From Octopus sinensis (lineage: Eukaryota): DNA of 64,000 nucleotides. The stretch is from assembly GCF_006345805.1 (NCBI RefSeq), contig NC_043017.1, positions 26,102,001-26,166,000 of the forward strand. Direction: 5' to 3'. Position 1 is the first letter of the stretch. Every line of letters begins with the position of its first letter. The translations under genes and the position numbers were made by a program. Positions 1 to 13,379 of the stretch are shown piece by piece. The notes under the pieces are model-generated. The model was not told the DNA's origin and ran no database searches. It saw only the letters and a list, made by a program, of their open reading frames with translations.

Positions 1-1640
1 CACACACACACATACCCGCACACACACATACATACATACACACACATACCTACTTCAGACATACACACACACAGACATACACCCATACACTCACACTCAC
101 ACGCATACACACACACACATACACACGCACACATACACACACACACCTACACAGCCATACCCTCACTCAGACACACACATCTACCTACACACACACACAA
201 ACACACACAGACACACACCCATACATACATACATCTACACACACACGCCTACACACATACATACACACATACATAAACACACACACATACACATACACAC
301 ACATACGCACACACACATATACTTATACACATGCACACACACACATACATACATACATACACCCATATACATACACACACACATACCTACATACTCCTAT
401 ACGCACATACATACACGCAGACATACACACATACACACTCACACAAACATACACACACACATACTTACACACACACTCACCTGCACGCGCACACACATTG
501 CATGACAAACACCCATACACTCACAATCACATACGCACACACAACATAAACACGCACACGCACACAACACACCCTACACTCCCACACACATACACACGCA
601 CCTACATACACACCGCACGCATACACACGCACTACACACATACATTACACACGTACACACACACCTACACACACACACAAACATGCACGGACACACCCAG
701 ACATACATACATACCCCACCTATATACACACGCCCACACACCTACATACACACACATATACACACGCCACCCACACACCTACACATACACACATACATAC
801 ACACACTACACGGACACACCCTACATACTTACATACATACACCTATACACACACGCCTACACACCTACATACACACACATGCATACACACACACATGTAC
901 GCACGTACACACGCATATACGCACATACAATATACCCACACACATGTACACACCACACACCATACGCACATGCATGCATGCATGCACACGCGCACACCTA
1001 CACGCATACACACACACACACGAACGTACACATACATACATACACACACGCATACATACACCATACACATACATGCATCCTACACACACATACATACACA
1101 CTCACACATACATACACACACACACTCACTCACACACCTGTATGTACGCGCACACACATGCACATACACACACTTCCCCACACCCACACGTACATACATA
1201 CACACTCATACACATACACACACACACACACGGACATACATCTATGCACACACATATATACACACATACTCACATACATTCATCGGACACACTGCCACCC
1301 AGATATACACACAGACACACTCACACATCCACACACATACAGACTTACGCGCATACTCGCAGGCGCGCGCACACACGCGCTTGCGCCGGTTCGCGCACGC
1401 ATACGCGCCGGTTCGCGCACGCATACGCGCCGCATGCACCTCGCTCTTGGACCCGACGAGACCTCCCGCCCGTTCCTGGGACCGTCGCTTGTCGTTGGGT
1501 TTCCCACGCCCGTCTCCGCGGGACCACTCTTCCATCTTCCCCTCAGCTGGAGTCCTTTTTCCTTAACCCCCCCCTTTTTTCGTTACACACACGCGCACAC
1601 ATATACACACATTGCTTAAAGATATACATTACTCTTACAC
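1..1640. repeat. Degenerate (CA)n/(CATA)n low-complexity tract with a GC-rich island at ~1360-1580
   Basis: Direct reading; the H/T/Y-rich ORFs here are repeat translations. Confidence 0.95.
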
Positions 1641-2225
1641 ACATTCAATCTACTCGCCATTAATACTACCACGACACTGGACACACACACACACTACTAC
1701 TCAACACACGCTGGCACCCCTTCCCCTTCCCCTTCCCCTCCCTCCCTTCCTCCTTCCTTATTTTTCTTACTACTGACCTTTGTCTGCTATGCTGACCAAT
1801 GTCTCGCCCTACCTCACACGCCTACACACAGACGCACACACTAACACATACATATATTTTTGTTTTTTTTATCTCGCCTCACACACACACATACACACAC
1901 GCACACGCACACACTCACACATACACACACATCTCTTGCGTTACCAACCTTGTTTCCACTCTTTTGCCTTTAAAAAACCTACTTTGCTCTTGTTATCGTA
2001 AACATCCGCCTTTCACCATGTGTAACTCGTAAACACCAGTCGTTTTTTTCTTATCCCTGTTGCCCGCTCTGGGATCTTTCTTTCCTCTCTCTTCCTTCTT
2101 TATGTTTCCGACGAAGAGCTCCGCTCGAAACGTCATACCTCCCTGCTTCCATTCCTGAGCGCCTATTAATAATAATACTGTAATTGTTCCATTGTTGTTG
2201 TTTTTTTGTTTCCCGTTTGGATAAA
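1430..2225 (+). mobile_element. Decayed, internally deleted Penelope-like element remnant (linker fragment + pLTR-like end)
   Basis: Frame-switched peptide DETSRPFLGPSLVVGF/PRPSPRDHSSIFP resembles the PLE RT-EN linker (recalled ...FRRPxSLRDxLVHS); 2040-2225 is homologous to 60651-60715 + 63267-63415 and carries a hammerhead-like motif. Confidence 0.5.
2104..2138 (+). ncRNA. Degenerate minimal type I hammerhead ribozyme motif
   Basis: gttt-CCGACGA-a-gagc(tcc)gctc-GAA-acgt-c-atac; U4->C core change and one stem I mismatch; paralogue of 63299-63333. Confidence 0.45.
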
Positions 2226-2231
2226 AATTAT

Positions 2232-2276
<45 letters not shown>

Positions 2277-2771
2277 GTGTGTGTGCTTGTGTGTTTATGA
2301 TTTGTGTTTGTGTTTATGTGTGTGTGTGTGTGGTGTGTGTGTGTGTGTGTATGTGGGTGTAGTTATGCATTTTTCAACATTTTTTTAATGTTAAAATTTC
2401 GAAGTTCCTCAAATATTATGAAAACACCATTATATCCCTTGTGCCACTTGTTTTGAAATATCTGTATTTTTGCAGCACCATTTAAAGAGTCCATCCAATT
2501 ATTTTGCTTCAGGTTAATTATTGTCTAAAAGACCGGTGACCAAATGCATCTACGTATGTGCGTGCAATGTTAGGTATTCCAAAGAATTTGAAAGACATGA
2601 TGAGGAGTTTCGTGAAAGAGATTTTCCTCTACGTAAAAAAAAAAAGGAAATATGAATCATTATGTTTAAAACGAATGAAGGGGCGAGTACACAGTTTGAA
2701 AGCACTTGCATCTGTGGTGGCCGAAACGGGAATGTTTTACTGAAGAATAAACAAAATATATTTGTTTCGGT

Positions 2772-3158
2772 GATGGAAGCACTCCGTCGGTTACGACGAT
2801 GAGGGTTCCGGTTGATCCGAATCAACGAAACAGCCTGCTCGTGAAATTAACGTATAAGTGGCTGAGCACTCCACAGACACGTGTACCCTTAAAGTAGTTC
2901 TCGGAGATATTCAGCGTGACACAGAGAGTGACAAGGCCGGCCCCTTGAAATACAGGTACAACAGAAACAGGAAGTAAGAGTGAGAGAAAGTTGTGGTGAA
3001 AGAGTACAGCAGGGATCACCACCATCCCCTGCCAGAGCCTCGTGGAGCTTTAGGCGTTTTCGCTCAATAAACACTCACAACGCCCGGTCTGGGAATCGAA
3101 ACCGCGATGCTATGACCGCGAGTCCGCTGCCCTAACCACTGGGCCATTGCGCCTCCAC
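2772..3158 (-). mobile_element. Full-length tRNA-derived SINE (OR1/OR2-like head)
   Basis: tRNA-like head tggaggcgcaatggcccagtggttagggcagcggactc...gtttcgattccc; 13-bp TSD tatttgtttcggt at 2759-2771 and 3159-3171; homologous to 42463-42782. Confidence 0.9.
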
Positions 3159-3837
3159 TATTTGTTTCGGTACGATACATAATGATATGAATTATTTCAG
3201 ATCTAACTCTTCTCTTTTGAAGATATTTCTTATAACTGATAATTTTAATTTCCTATAACAGTATTTTTTCCTCAGAAATGACAAGCGGATCAAAAATCGA
3301 AACGTCGCCGTTGGAAATATTTCATAAAACGACGTCTTAACACTTGGAAAACTGATAATTACATGGCAAAGACAAATACATGACGGCTAAAATCTCCATA
3401 TTTAAACGATTAATTGGTAATTACTCAAGAATCACTTAAAATGTATCATTCTGTAAAAGAATCTGTGAACAGTGCCAAGAAAAATGAATAGCAATGGCAT
3501 TCGACTCATCTGCTACGTGAGATAATACCGGGAAAGCGCCAGTTTGTCGCATAGAAGAATCCACCATTGGAGTCTAATTTCTTCAAACGAAATTAAGATT
3601 TAAATTTGGCTTGAATTGAATATGGTTGATTCTCTATCAATGACGTGCCAGATATTTAGCCGCGAATTCAGAATATTTTATCTTATCACTAAAATCATGG
3701 TGGAACAATTCCCACGAACAGCTAATATAAGTTACATCTGAATAAATACAGCGGCCAGTAATTACTTCGGTGACAGCAAAACCGGAAATATACGACTATA
3801 AATTCGTTGCATATTAGAGAAAATAAAAAATAAATAA

Positions 3838-4314
3838 ATGCGCCAATTTAAAGCCTAGCCAGGCACATGGGCCCAGTTTTCCGGTTTCAATGGCGTATGG
3901 GTTCCCCAGCTGGACGGGACGCCAGTCCATCGCGGCGTTACTCATTTTTGCCAGCTGAGTGGACTGGAGCAACGTGAAATGAAGTGTTTTGCTCAAGAGC
4001 ACAACGCGTCGCCCGGTCTAGGAATGGAAACCACGATCTTACGATCATGATGCTGACACCCTAACCTATTTCTTTACTACCCACAAGGGGCTAAACACAG
4101 AGGGGACAAACAAGGACAGACAAACGGATTAAGTCGATTATATTGACCCCCAGTGCGTAACTGGTACATAATTTATCGACCCCGAAAGGATGAAAGGCAA
4201 AGTCGACCTCAGCGGAATTTGAACTCAGAACGTAACGGCAGACGAAATACGGCTAGGCATTTCGCCCGGTGTGCTAACGTTTCTGCCACCCTAACCACTA
4301 AGCCACGCGTCTCC
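3838..4314 (-). mobile_element. tRNA-derived SINE with the same head type but a different body, interrupted by a second SINE
   Basis: Head tggagacgcgtggcttagtggttagggtg...; body contains gcgatggactggcgtcccgtccag; split at caccctaacc. Confidence 0.8.
4067..4286 (-). mobile_element. Abundant SINE family A (ggcagaaacgttagcac...gtcgactttgcctttcatcctttcggggtcgataaattaagtaccag) nested in the previous SINE
   Basis: 10-bp TSD caccctaacc at 4057-4066 and 4287-4296; more than 15 copies in the window. Confidence 0.9.
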
Positions 4315-5379
4315 AGATAATAAGGAAAGAACAAATAAATGTTGTGTAACGTACAGCTATCGTCTACAGTCAATAGAGTGTGGATTGTAGGTGTTCAATT
4401 GTGATGGACATAGCTTCAAAACCCCCGCAAAACGAACTCCAATCTCTGAAATAATTGTTGTGAAATTGTACAGCGTAAATTTTGTGAAACAAGAAGATAT
4501 TGACTGTGGTAGGACAGAGTAGTCGACTTAAGTGAGGACGTAGAATATCAAAACAACTAACTGCAAGAAGTAGTAATGTATTCCTTTTGTGAAATAACAA
4601 GAAATTGACAGTGCCGGGACACAGGCTGGTCGAATAAGAGATGACGCAGAACGCCATTGCAAATAAACGCATGAAAGAGCGCTGACTTGAAATAAATGCT
4701 CTGCTTCAAATCGGATATAAAATACATCGAACTATAAACGCAAACCAAGACAATACAAACTGGTATGCGCGTTTGTTATGAAACATAAAATCCCTGTAAG
4801 AACAAAGCCGAGATCACAAACAATCTTAACAAAAGAAGACGGGCGTTATATATGAATTTCACTCGTTTCATATCCATTCATAGTCTTGCAGTAAATTTAA
4901 ACATCAAACTTCATGAACGAAAATACACAGAAATAAACGAATGAATCATTACATAGCGTAAAAACGCATTATATTAGAAGGCAATATAAATAATTTCATA
5001 GTAATTCCATTGTTTGGATTACTTGTTTTACAACATTTCTCCATCTTATAAAGTTCTCATTTGATTTGCCACATTCTAGATGCTCTTCGATGTTTCATGA
5101 TTAACTTTGGCTTTGTTCTTAGGTGCTGTAAACAAACAACATATCCTAATTACTATATTTTAATGATATTCATTACTGCATTCCTGTTATTTAAGAATTT
5201 ACTCAAAGAAATCTCTCAAGGTGTGATTTATGTTGCCATGCTGGATTAGATTTAAGAGAATAAATATCGTACTTTTGAAAATGTCATTTTTGTATTTTCC
5301 TAGAATTTTTGTATTTTCCTAGAATTACATATTCGATAAAGAAATGGAAACGTAAATTTGCATCCTTTATTTATTATAT

Positions 5380-5470
5380 CGACCCCCAGTGCGTAACTGG
5401 TACTTAATTTATCGATCCCGAAAGGATGAAAGGCAAAGTCGACCTCGGCGGAATTTGAACTCAGAACGTT
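5380..5470 (-). mobile_element. SINE family A fragment
   Basis: cgacccccagtgcgtaactggtac...gtcgacctcggcggaatttgaactcagaacg. Confidence 0.8.
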
Positions 5471-5744
5471 GCAGCCATTCTCTGACGCTAATAACCTCAT
5501 AGTTTATACCAATCACACCAACACCATTACTGATTGACCTATGGTACTTATTTATTGATTATTTTAATCAAATGTATGTTACAGGTTTTGATACAATTAC
5601 GATGGATATACCCAGAAAATTCAAGAACACGCATACCCTCCAAGTCTCAAATATAACAAATATTCGTTGCTCAAACTGAACTAGGTTTCCCTTAGAGTCC
5701 CAACGTTGATTTCAAGATTCAAAGTTATTGTAGGGCCGGTAAAA

Positions 5745-5952
5745 TTTTAAGAAAATAAAAATAATGAATAAGTGGAAATTTTACCGGCAAGCGTGTTAAA
5801 TTATAAGGCACAAAAAGAAAATGACGACTCTCCCCAGACCCAACAGAAAATCTTCAACACAGGAACTCACATAAAGAATCTTGCAAACTAAATCCCAAAA
5901 CGAAATATATATATATATATATATATTTATAATATTAATATATATTATATAT

Positions 5953-5993
<41 letters not shown>

Positions 5994-6221
5994 GAGAGAG
6001 AGAGAGAGAGAAAGAGAGGGAGAGGAGAGAGAGAGAGAGAGGAAAATGTTGCAAGACGCAACGAAAATTTTAGCAAAATAAAAATAAGGATAAGTGGAAA
6101 TTTTGCCGGTGAGCGTGTTAAATATAAGGCACAAAAAGAAAACGACTCTCCCCAGACACAACAGAATATACTTCAAACAGGAACTCACATAAAGAACCTT
6201 GCAAAACCAAATCCCCAAAAC

Positions 6222-6257
<36 letters not shown>

Positions 6258-6530
6258 ATACAAGGAGTAAGAGAGAGAGTGAGAGAGCCAAGAAAGAGAG
6301 AGAGAGAGAGAAGAAGAGAAGAGGGAGAGGAGAGTGAAAGAGAAAATGTTGCAAGACGCAACGAAACTTTTAGGAAAATAAAGATATGGAACAGTGGAAA
6401 TTTTGCCGGTGAGCGTGTTAAATTATAGGGCACAAAAAGAAAATGACTCTCCTCAGACACAAGAGTATATACTTCAGTACACGAACTCATATAATGAATC
6501 TTGCAAACCAAATCCGAAAACGAATTACAA
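5745..6530 (-). repeat. Three head-to-tail copies of a ~180-bp interspersed repeat separated by (AT)n(AG)n spacers
   Basis: aagtggaaattttgccggtgagcgtgttaaa...cttgcaaaccaaatcccaaaacgaa recurs at ~5770, ~6090, ~6395; opposite-strand copy at 35872-36050. Confidence 0.85.
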
Positions 6531-8858
6531 ATATAAAATAATAAAACTGTATGAATCAACAAGGACGCGTACATTTGGCGAGATAGAATAGTCCATTCGA
6601 GTGACCGCAGTTTTAGTCAAGTACTTTTATAGTGATCCAGAAATTTGAAAAGCATAAGGTGGGCAGCATGTTGTGCTAAAAGGGGATAACCAGACAGTAA
6701 ACTTTGTTCGCTTTTCTAAGTGTTCGACAATTCATCTTCATTACAAGAACGAGTAATAATACTTCTGCTGCCAAGCCTTGCAAATGCTAATGCATTCATT
6801 CATTAAATGCAAGTGTGTGATTCGTGAAGTGTTAATTACAGGGATCTAGATGTATTGTCGAAGAATCTGTGGGCATTTGTTTTCGTTTTCTATACATGTT
6901 TAGAAGTAAATATACCAGCAATTAATAACGGGAAAAAATAGCAACACAATTTCTTTACTGCCGTAAAGAAAACAATGTTGACTTTATTGCAGGTTTTATT
7001 TAATATTAATTCGGTTTATTATAGCTTAGTCAGGGTAATTATTTTTCTAGTGCGTTGAATAGTTTTGCATAGATTCTCCTGTATGCAGCCATAAAGTATA
7101 CAACAAGCTCTCAACAGAAGATAACGCAACATGAATACAGAGAATTAATACTTAATTGTACGCTGTAACGGCAGTATTAAACAATCAATAGGGCAATAAA
7201 TGTGTGCACTAAATAACGTATTGGTTCATCTGATAACATCGTCAAAAACCAATAAATAAACACATTGGATTTTATTTCCTCATTCAATTTATATAAAAAA
7301 ATTATTAATACCAATCGATAATCGTCAGTCACTTTTACGTCATAGATGATAATCTGTATTTTTGAAATTTTTCATCGTCTAAATTTTATTGTAGATGTGT
7401 ATTTTCATATTTCACTGTAGACAAAATACGTAAAAAATTCATACATTTCCCCCTTAATCTGAGAGTCAATAAATAAGCTGTTTAATTAGATCGACGACCT
7501 GTTAGAATTAGCGACTAAATACTTTTTCTGAGTAAAACAAATAAAATGATAGCAAAAACAAAGCTCATCAAATGATGTAATCCAAGATAAGATGCAATAG
7601 GACGGTCATACGTGAACACGGCTCATTAAAAGTTAACTGACTCAGAAAGTTCACTCGTAATCAGCATTTTATAAGTAAACAACTAAAATCAGAAAGAGAA
7701 CTACCAGAAGACTACTAAAATAGAAAACGTAGATACCATAGTTTGATTTAAATGAGGTTAATTGATTATTATAAGTAAGTTTAAAGGATGGATTAGAAAA
7801 GAATGTTATCTAAATATACTCCCAATGTTTTCTCGATTAAGATTTTTAGAACGTTGAACCTGTAAATAAAAAAGTTAGAGAGAGAGATTTACAAAGAAAT
7901 TAAAAAGAAGAGACAATATAAAAATGTACGGAGTTTAGAAGATGTGAGAATTATTGAGAGAAAAAAAAGGGGAAAAAAGGCCTCTTTTGAAGACGGGAGA
8001 AAACGCTGTAGAAATGCGGTGAATGGTTGTTGTGAAGTTCTGGGAACTAATAGAATTAAGACAAAGCATTGAAGAGAAGGTTTGTGCCTAGCTTTTTGCT
8101 TAAGATCGAACAGAAATTTCTACGATTGAAGTGAGATCGAACGAAACGAAACTCAGAATGTAGAATAACAAATAACTAAGTCCCCAACAGCAATAGAGAA
8201 GATGAAAAAAAACAAACAAACAAAAACAAAACCAAACAAACAAAAAACTGGTTTTGCTATATACAGTGGTTTCTTTCAGATGCATTGATATAATTGAATG
8301 ATTTATAAATGAATGCTTGCAATTACTGTGTCCAACTAGACGAGAATAGAGAAAAAAAAAAAGTCCTCTAACTAGATAATGATAATGAATGGCTAAATGT
8401 ATACTATTTACGAAGAACTATGTTTGCAGGCCAGAGAATACAGCAAGGAATACAATAGCAAAATCACTAAAACAACAACGAAAAGCAAACAAAAGTATTA
8501 AGAATAAAAATGAAATTTAAATAAGAATCCGCATAGAAAGAAAACGTAGAAAGAAAAAATTACGAGGGAAGAGGAGCTGACATAGAGAATGAAAGAATCA
8601 CAGAATTAATGAATGGCACAGAAGAAAAGAATGCTAACAATGAACGTCAATATGTAGAAGAATGACAGAGTTAGCAAATGTAGAGCTGAAACAGAAGGCA
8701 TTGCCAGGGTTATTGGGTTATTTTTGGAAACAAACTTAATTCAAAACGTATCAGTGTCGGTATTTCAATAGTTATAGTTTAGTTTCCGGCAACAACATAT
8801 AAAGGAAGGCAATATATATATATATATGTAAATATATATATTATGTTATATATATATA

Positions 8859-8915
<57 letters not shown>

Positions 8916-9085
8916 ATATAATATATATTATGTATATATATTATATATATATATATATAGATAATGTGATACATATGTGTATACATGTGTGTGTGTTTGT
9001 GTGTCTGTGTGTATGTGCATATACCTTTCTTTTATTCTTTCATTTTGTAATATATATATATGTATATATATATTACAAAATGAAA

Positions 9086-9240
9086 GATGGCCAAATAACC
9101 GAAGAGGTGGTGTTGTGGATTTCCACCTCGGCATCCGAAACTCAGAGCTTGGCTATTGAATAATTGTCACATATTATTTTACAGATAAATTTCCTGTTTA
9201 CATAATATTGAGGTCTCTTTCTTTCTTTTGTTATCTTACC
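9086..9240 (+). mobile_element. Short repeat with hammerhead-like head (probable PLE/retrozyme-type family)
   Basis: Homologous to 33640-33750 (-) and 33757-33812 (+). Confidence 0.5.
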
Positions 9241-9255
9241 GTTTTACCAATATAA

Positions 9256-9289
<34 letters not shown>

Positions 9290-9344
9290 GTATGTATGTA
9301 TGTATGTATGTATGTATGATGTATGTATGTATGCATGTATGTAT

Positions 9345-9592
9345 ACTCTTTTACTTGTTTTAGTCATTTGACTGCGACCATGCTCGAGCACCGCCTTTAG
9401 TCGAGCAAATCGACCCCGGGACTTATTCTTTGTAGGCCCAGTACTTATGCTATCGGTCTCTTTTGCCGAACCGCTAAGTAACGGGGACGTAAACACACCA
9501 GCATCGGTTGTCAAGCAATGCTAGGGGGACAAACAGACACACAAACACACACACATACACACACACGACACACACACACACATATATATATA
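9345..9592 (-). mobile_element. SINE family B 3' half (internal microsatellite)
   Basis: gtcatttgactgcgaccatgctcgagcaccgcc...gtaaacacaccagcatcggttgtcaagc; matches 36150-36575. Confidence 0.85.
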
Positions 9593-9599
9593 TGCGGTT

Positions 9600-9871
9600 C
9601 GGATTTAGAAATAGCAGTCAAAAAGTCTTAGCTATTCCTTCTACTTTAAATGGAGATCCCAGTAAAAACCAAAGCACTCAAGAACAAACCACGCAGGTAA
9701 AATAGAAAGAAATTACGAAAATCATTCTATATTAAGTTGCCTTAGAATGATTTTCGTCATTTCTTTCTATTTTACCTGCGTGGTTTGTTCTTGGGTGCTT
9801 TGGTTTTTACTGGGATCTCCCTTTAAAGTACAAGGAATAGCTAAGAGATTTGACTGCTATTTCTAAATCCG
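9600..9871. repeat. Foldback/MITE-like long palindrome, ~130-bp arms with 13-nt loop
   Basis: 9600-9729 is the near-perfect reverse complement of 9743-9871. Confidence 0.9.
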
Positions 9872-10522
9872 GTTGTGGTGTGGGGGCAAACGTTGCTGAC
9901 CCTAATTATTTAGTATTCTTAAACTTACCATGAATTGGTCTTTTACATGCCGAATTCTACTTGGTGAAATTACTGATTACTTCTTAATTAATTAATTTTC
10001 ACCGTTTGTGATTAAATATATATATTTTTTCTCGTCTAGGTTTATAGGCCCTCATTATTTTTTTCCTGTCCTGTTTCTATTCCTTCTTGTACTGTTTTTT
10101 TTGTAATTGTATTTTTATTTTGTATTTGTTTTTTATTGTATTGTTTTTACGTCCTGTTTTTGTCACATTTTTTCCTTGTTTTTACCCCTCTGCAAAGGAA
10201 TTTTATTTAATTCTTTCGCAGGAAGGACTTGTTCGACGAGACGTCCTTCTGTCCTCACCTCGAAACAAACACCTGGAGGTAACTAGGGACAGCTGATGAG
10301 GGGATTTTTTTTCTTTGTGAGTTTTGTCTGTTACTCTGTTTTTCTTTGTTAAAGGAATGGTCCTTTCCTTGCTGTTTTTATACGTTTTCGTTTTCTCGTT
10401 GAGTTCTACGTCTATTTGTGGTTTCCTGTACACACGTATATATATCTATATATGCATGTATATATACATGTAAATGTAGGTACGTACATATATGTTTGTA
10501 TGTATGCATTATTTTATTTATA

Positions 10523-10568
<46 letters not shown>

Positions 10569-10833
10569 TATATATTTAAAAAGGAACGCAGGTTCTGACG
10601 ATCGTGACATCAATAATACTGCAGGATTTAATTTACGTTTAGCGCTTCCATTCAAAACTACTTTTAATACCGTTGGGTAGAAATGTTCTTAGCTGTAACT
10701 AACAGCTTAGTCTTCCACTCCTCAACTAAATCAGTGATAAACGAAATCACTCCTGTAAGTGACAAACTGCGACCGTGAAAACCAATAAATTTCTTGTGCT
10801 CGATATTCATAATGAATATAGATACATATAACA

Positions 10834-10866
<33 letters not shown>

Positions 10867-10965
10867 CTATATATATATATATACATGAATATATATAATG
10901 TATAAACGTATTCGTGTATTATGTATATAATATATATATATATAATATATATATAATATATATAC

Positions 10966-11028
<63 letters not shown>

Positions 11029-11409
11029 ACACATATACATGCATATGGACACAGATCATATTATATGAATACATATATGCGTGCGTATATATATATATAT
11101 ATATATCTATATATAATATATATATATATATATATAGCGAGAGAGTGTGTGAGAGAATACTACATGCATAAATACATAGGTATATGAATATAGATACTGT
11201 CGTAGGGGCGTGTATATTTGACTCAAGAATCGTATATCTTAAACTGATTAAGTATTGTTGAATATTGTAGAATATTAATTGTTTTACTCCAGGTACAGGT
11301 CAGCGGAAACGGTAACCACGAAATCTGTATCACTCCGATGAATAAGACGCGGGGTAAATTTGATGGGAATCTCATAGTTCATGATCATAACAATTTAGCC
11401 GAAGAGGAC

Positions 11410-11634
11410 GACAATGATGACGATGATGATGAAAATGATTGCTGATGGTGATGATGCTGATGACGATGATGATGATGATGATGATGATGCTGATAACGAT
11501 TGAGGATAATGATGATGATGACAGCGACGACGACGACGACGACGGTGATGATGATGATGATTGCTGATGATGATTGATAATGATGATTATGATGATGATG
11601 ATTGATGATGATGATGATGATGATGATTGATGAT

Positions 11635-11670
<36 letters not shown>

Positions 11671-11705
11671 CGATGACGATGATGACGACAATGACGACGA
11701 TGACT

Positions 11706-11737
<32 letters not shown>

Positions 11738-11790
11738 CACGATGATGATGATGATGATAATAACGATGCTGATGATGAGCGGAGTACGAC
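11410..11790. repeat. (GAT)n/(GAC)n microsatellite
   Basis: Direct reading. Confidence 0.95.
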
Positions 11791-11966
11791 GACGTAGAAG
11801 AGGTTTATGATGAGTACGAGAAAGACCTAAACGATAACAACAAACATTCTAGTAATGAGGTTTTTCTTTTATGCACACACTCAAACACACATTCACATAC
11901 ACATTCACGCACACACACAGACACACTCTCTCACACACACTCAAACACACACACTCACACTCACAG

Positions 11967-12015
<49 letters not shown>

Positions 12016-12339
12016 TTCACACAAACGCTCACACATTTTCATACAAACACACTCACGCAGACGCATTTACAGTTTATATTTTCAGTTTATTAGACTCTGG
12101 TACGAGCCGATTTGCAACATGAAGTGCCTTGTAACTGGAAACACGTGTCTTCATTAATCATAATTAGCCTGATTTTACTCGGTGTCCCGAGAAAAAGAAA
12201 ATTCGTTTCTGAATAATACTGGAAGGTAGACATTGCTCAGTGGAGTAGGTCTCTGGAGATTTCATTGTATTCAATTGCCAAACAACGTATATAACCAAAG
12301 TATATCGCACACATACACACAGACATACACAAAGGTCGA

Positions 12340-12835
12340 CTTTGCCTTTCATGCTTTCGGGGTCTATAAATTAAGTACCAGTTACGCTGTGGGGTCGATC
12401 TAATCGACTTAATCCGTTTGTCTGTCCGTGTTTGTCCTCTCTGTGTTTAGCCCCTTGTAGGTGGTAAAGAGATAGGTATTTCCCCTGGCGTTACGTTCTG
12501 AGTTCAAATTCCACCGAGGTCGACTTTACCTTTCATAATTTCGGGATCGATAAAATAAGTAACAGTTAGTTACGCAGCGTTTGTCTGTTCTTGTTTGTCT
12601 CCTCTATGTTTAGCCCCTTGTCGCCAATAAAAAAATAAGAAACGTAAGCACGCCGGACGAAATGCTTAGTTTTTACGTTCTGTCTTAACGTTCTGAGTTC
12701 AAATACCACCTAGGTCGACTTTGCCTTTCATCCTTTCTTGGTCGATGAATTAAGTACCAGTTGCCTACTGGAATCGATCAAATCGACTGGCCCCCTCCCC
12801 CAAAATTTCGAGCCTTGTGCCTAAAGTAGAAAAGA
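12340..12835 (+). mobile_element. Three tandem partial copies of SINE family A
   Basis: gtcgacttt(g/a)cctttcat core at ~12337, ~12520, ~12715. Confidence 0.85.
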
Positions 12836-13379
12836 AAGAAAAATTAATTTGGTGGGATTAAAATTTTGAATTTGATATGAAGTTGTTTTCAAGAAGAATA
12901 TTTTTGTTTACTTATTATGGAGTCCATAAAATTCTTAATCGTTTGCAATCATGTATAATATGGGTTTGGAATGTTACAGGATAAATAAACATGAGCTTCG
13001 GGTTTTAAAAGTTTAATTTCCATTTTTACCTTACAGCATTTCTCTCACTGAATTGCAACCTTACAGAAAATGGCAACATTCATCTATTACTCACAGGGAT
13101 TGATATAATTTAGAAATAATCTTTAGGTAGGTAATTTAACCGTAGGGAATAGAACTGAATAAGCTTGTATGTGATTGTTTTTAGTTAAACATAACAAATA
13201 AATGATCAGATAACCAGAAGGGGATTGAAATATAACTGAAAAGAGAAGGCAGGATGCAGAAAGAGCAATAGAATGATAATAATGGTGATGAGGAGAAATG
13301 GAGGAATAACGATGGTGTGGATAAAAAGATTTTAAAAATGGGATGAAAAAGGGGACGAGCAACAGGAGAGGAAGAAAAG

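Noticed and set aside
323-1663. Long H/T/Y-rich ORFs (up to 373 aa)
   Set aside because: Translations of CA/CATA repeats, open in several frames on both strands.
2772-3158. tRNA gene
   Set aside because: The tRNA-like head continues into a SINE body flanked by TSDs; no true tRNA gene was identified in the window.
10225-10305. gaaac...gta...ctgatgagggg as a permuted (type II) hammerhead
   Set aside because: Stems I and III do not pair convincingly; at most a half motif of a decayed repeat.
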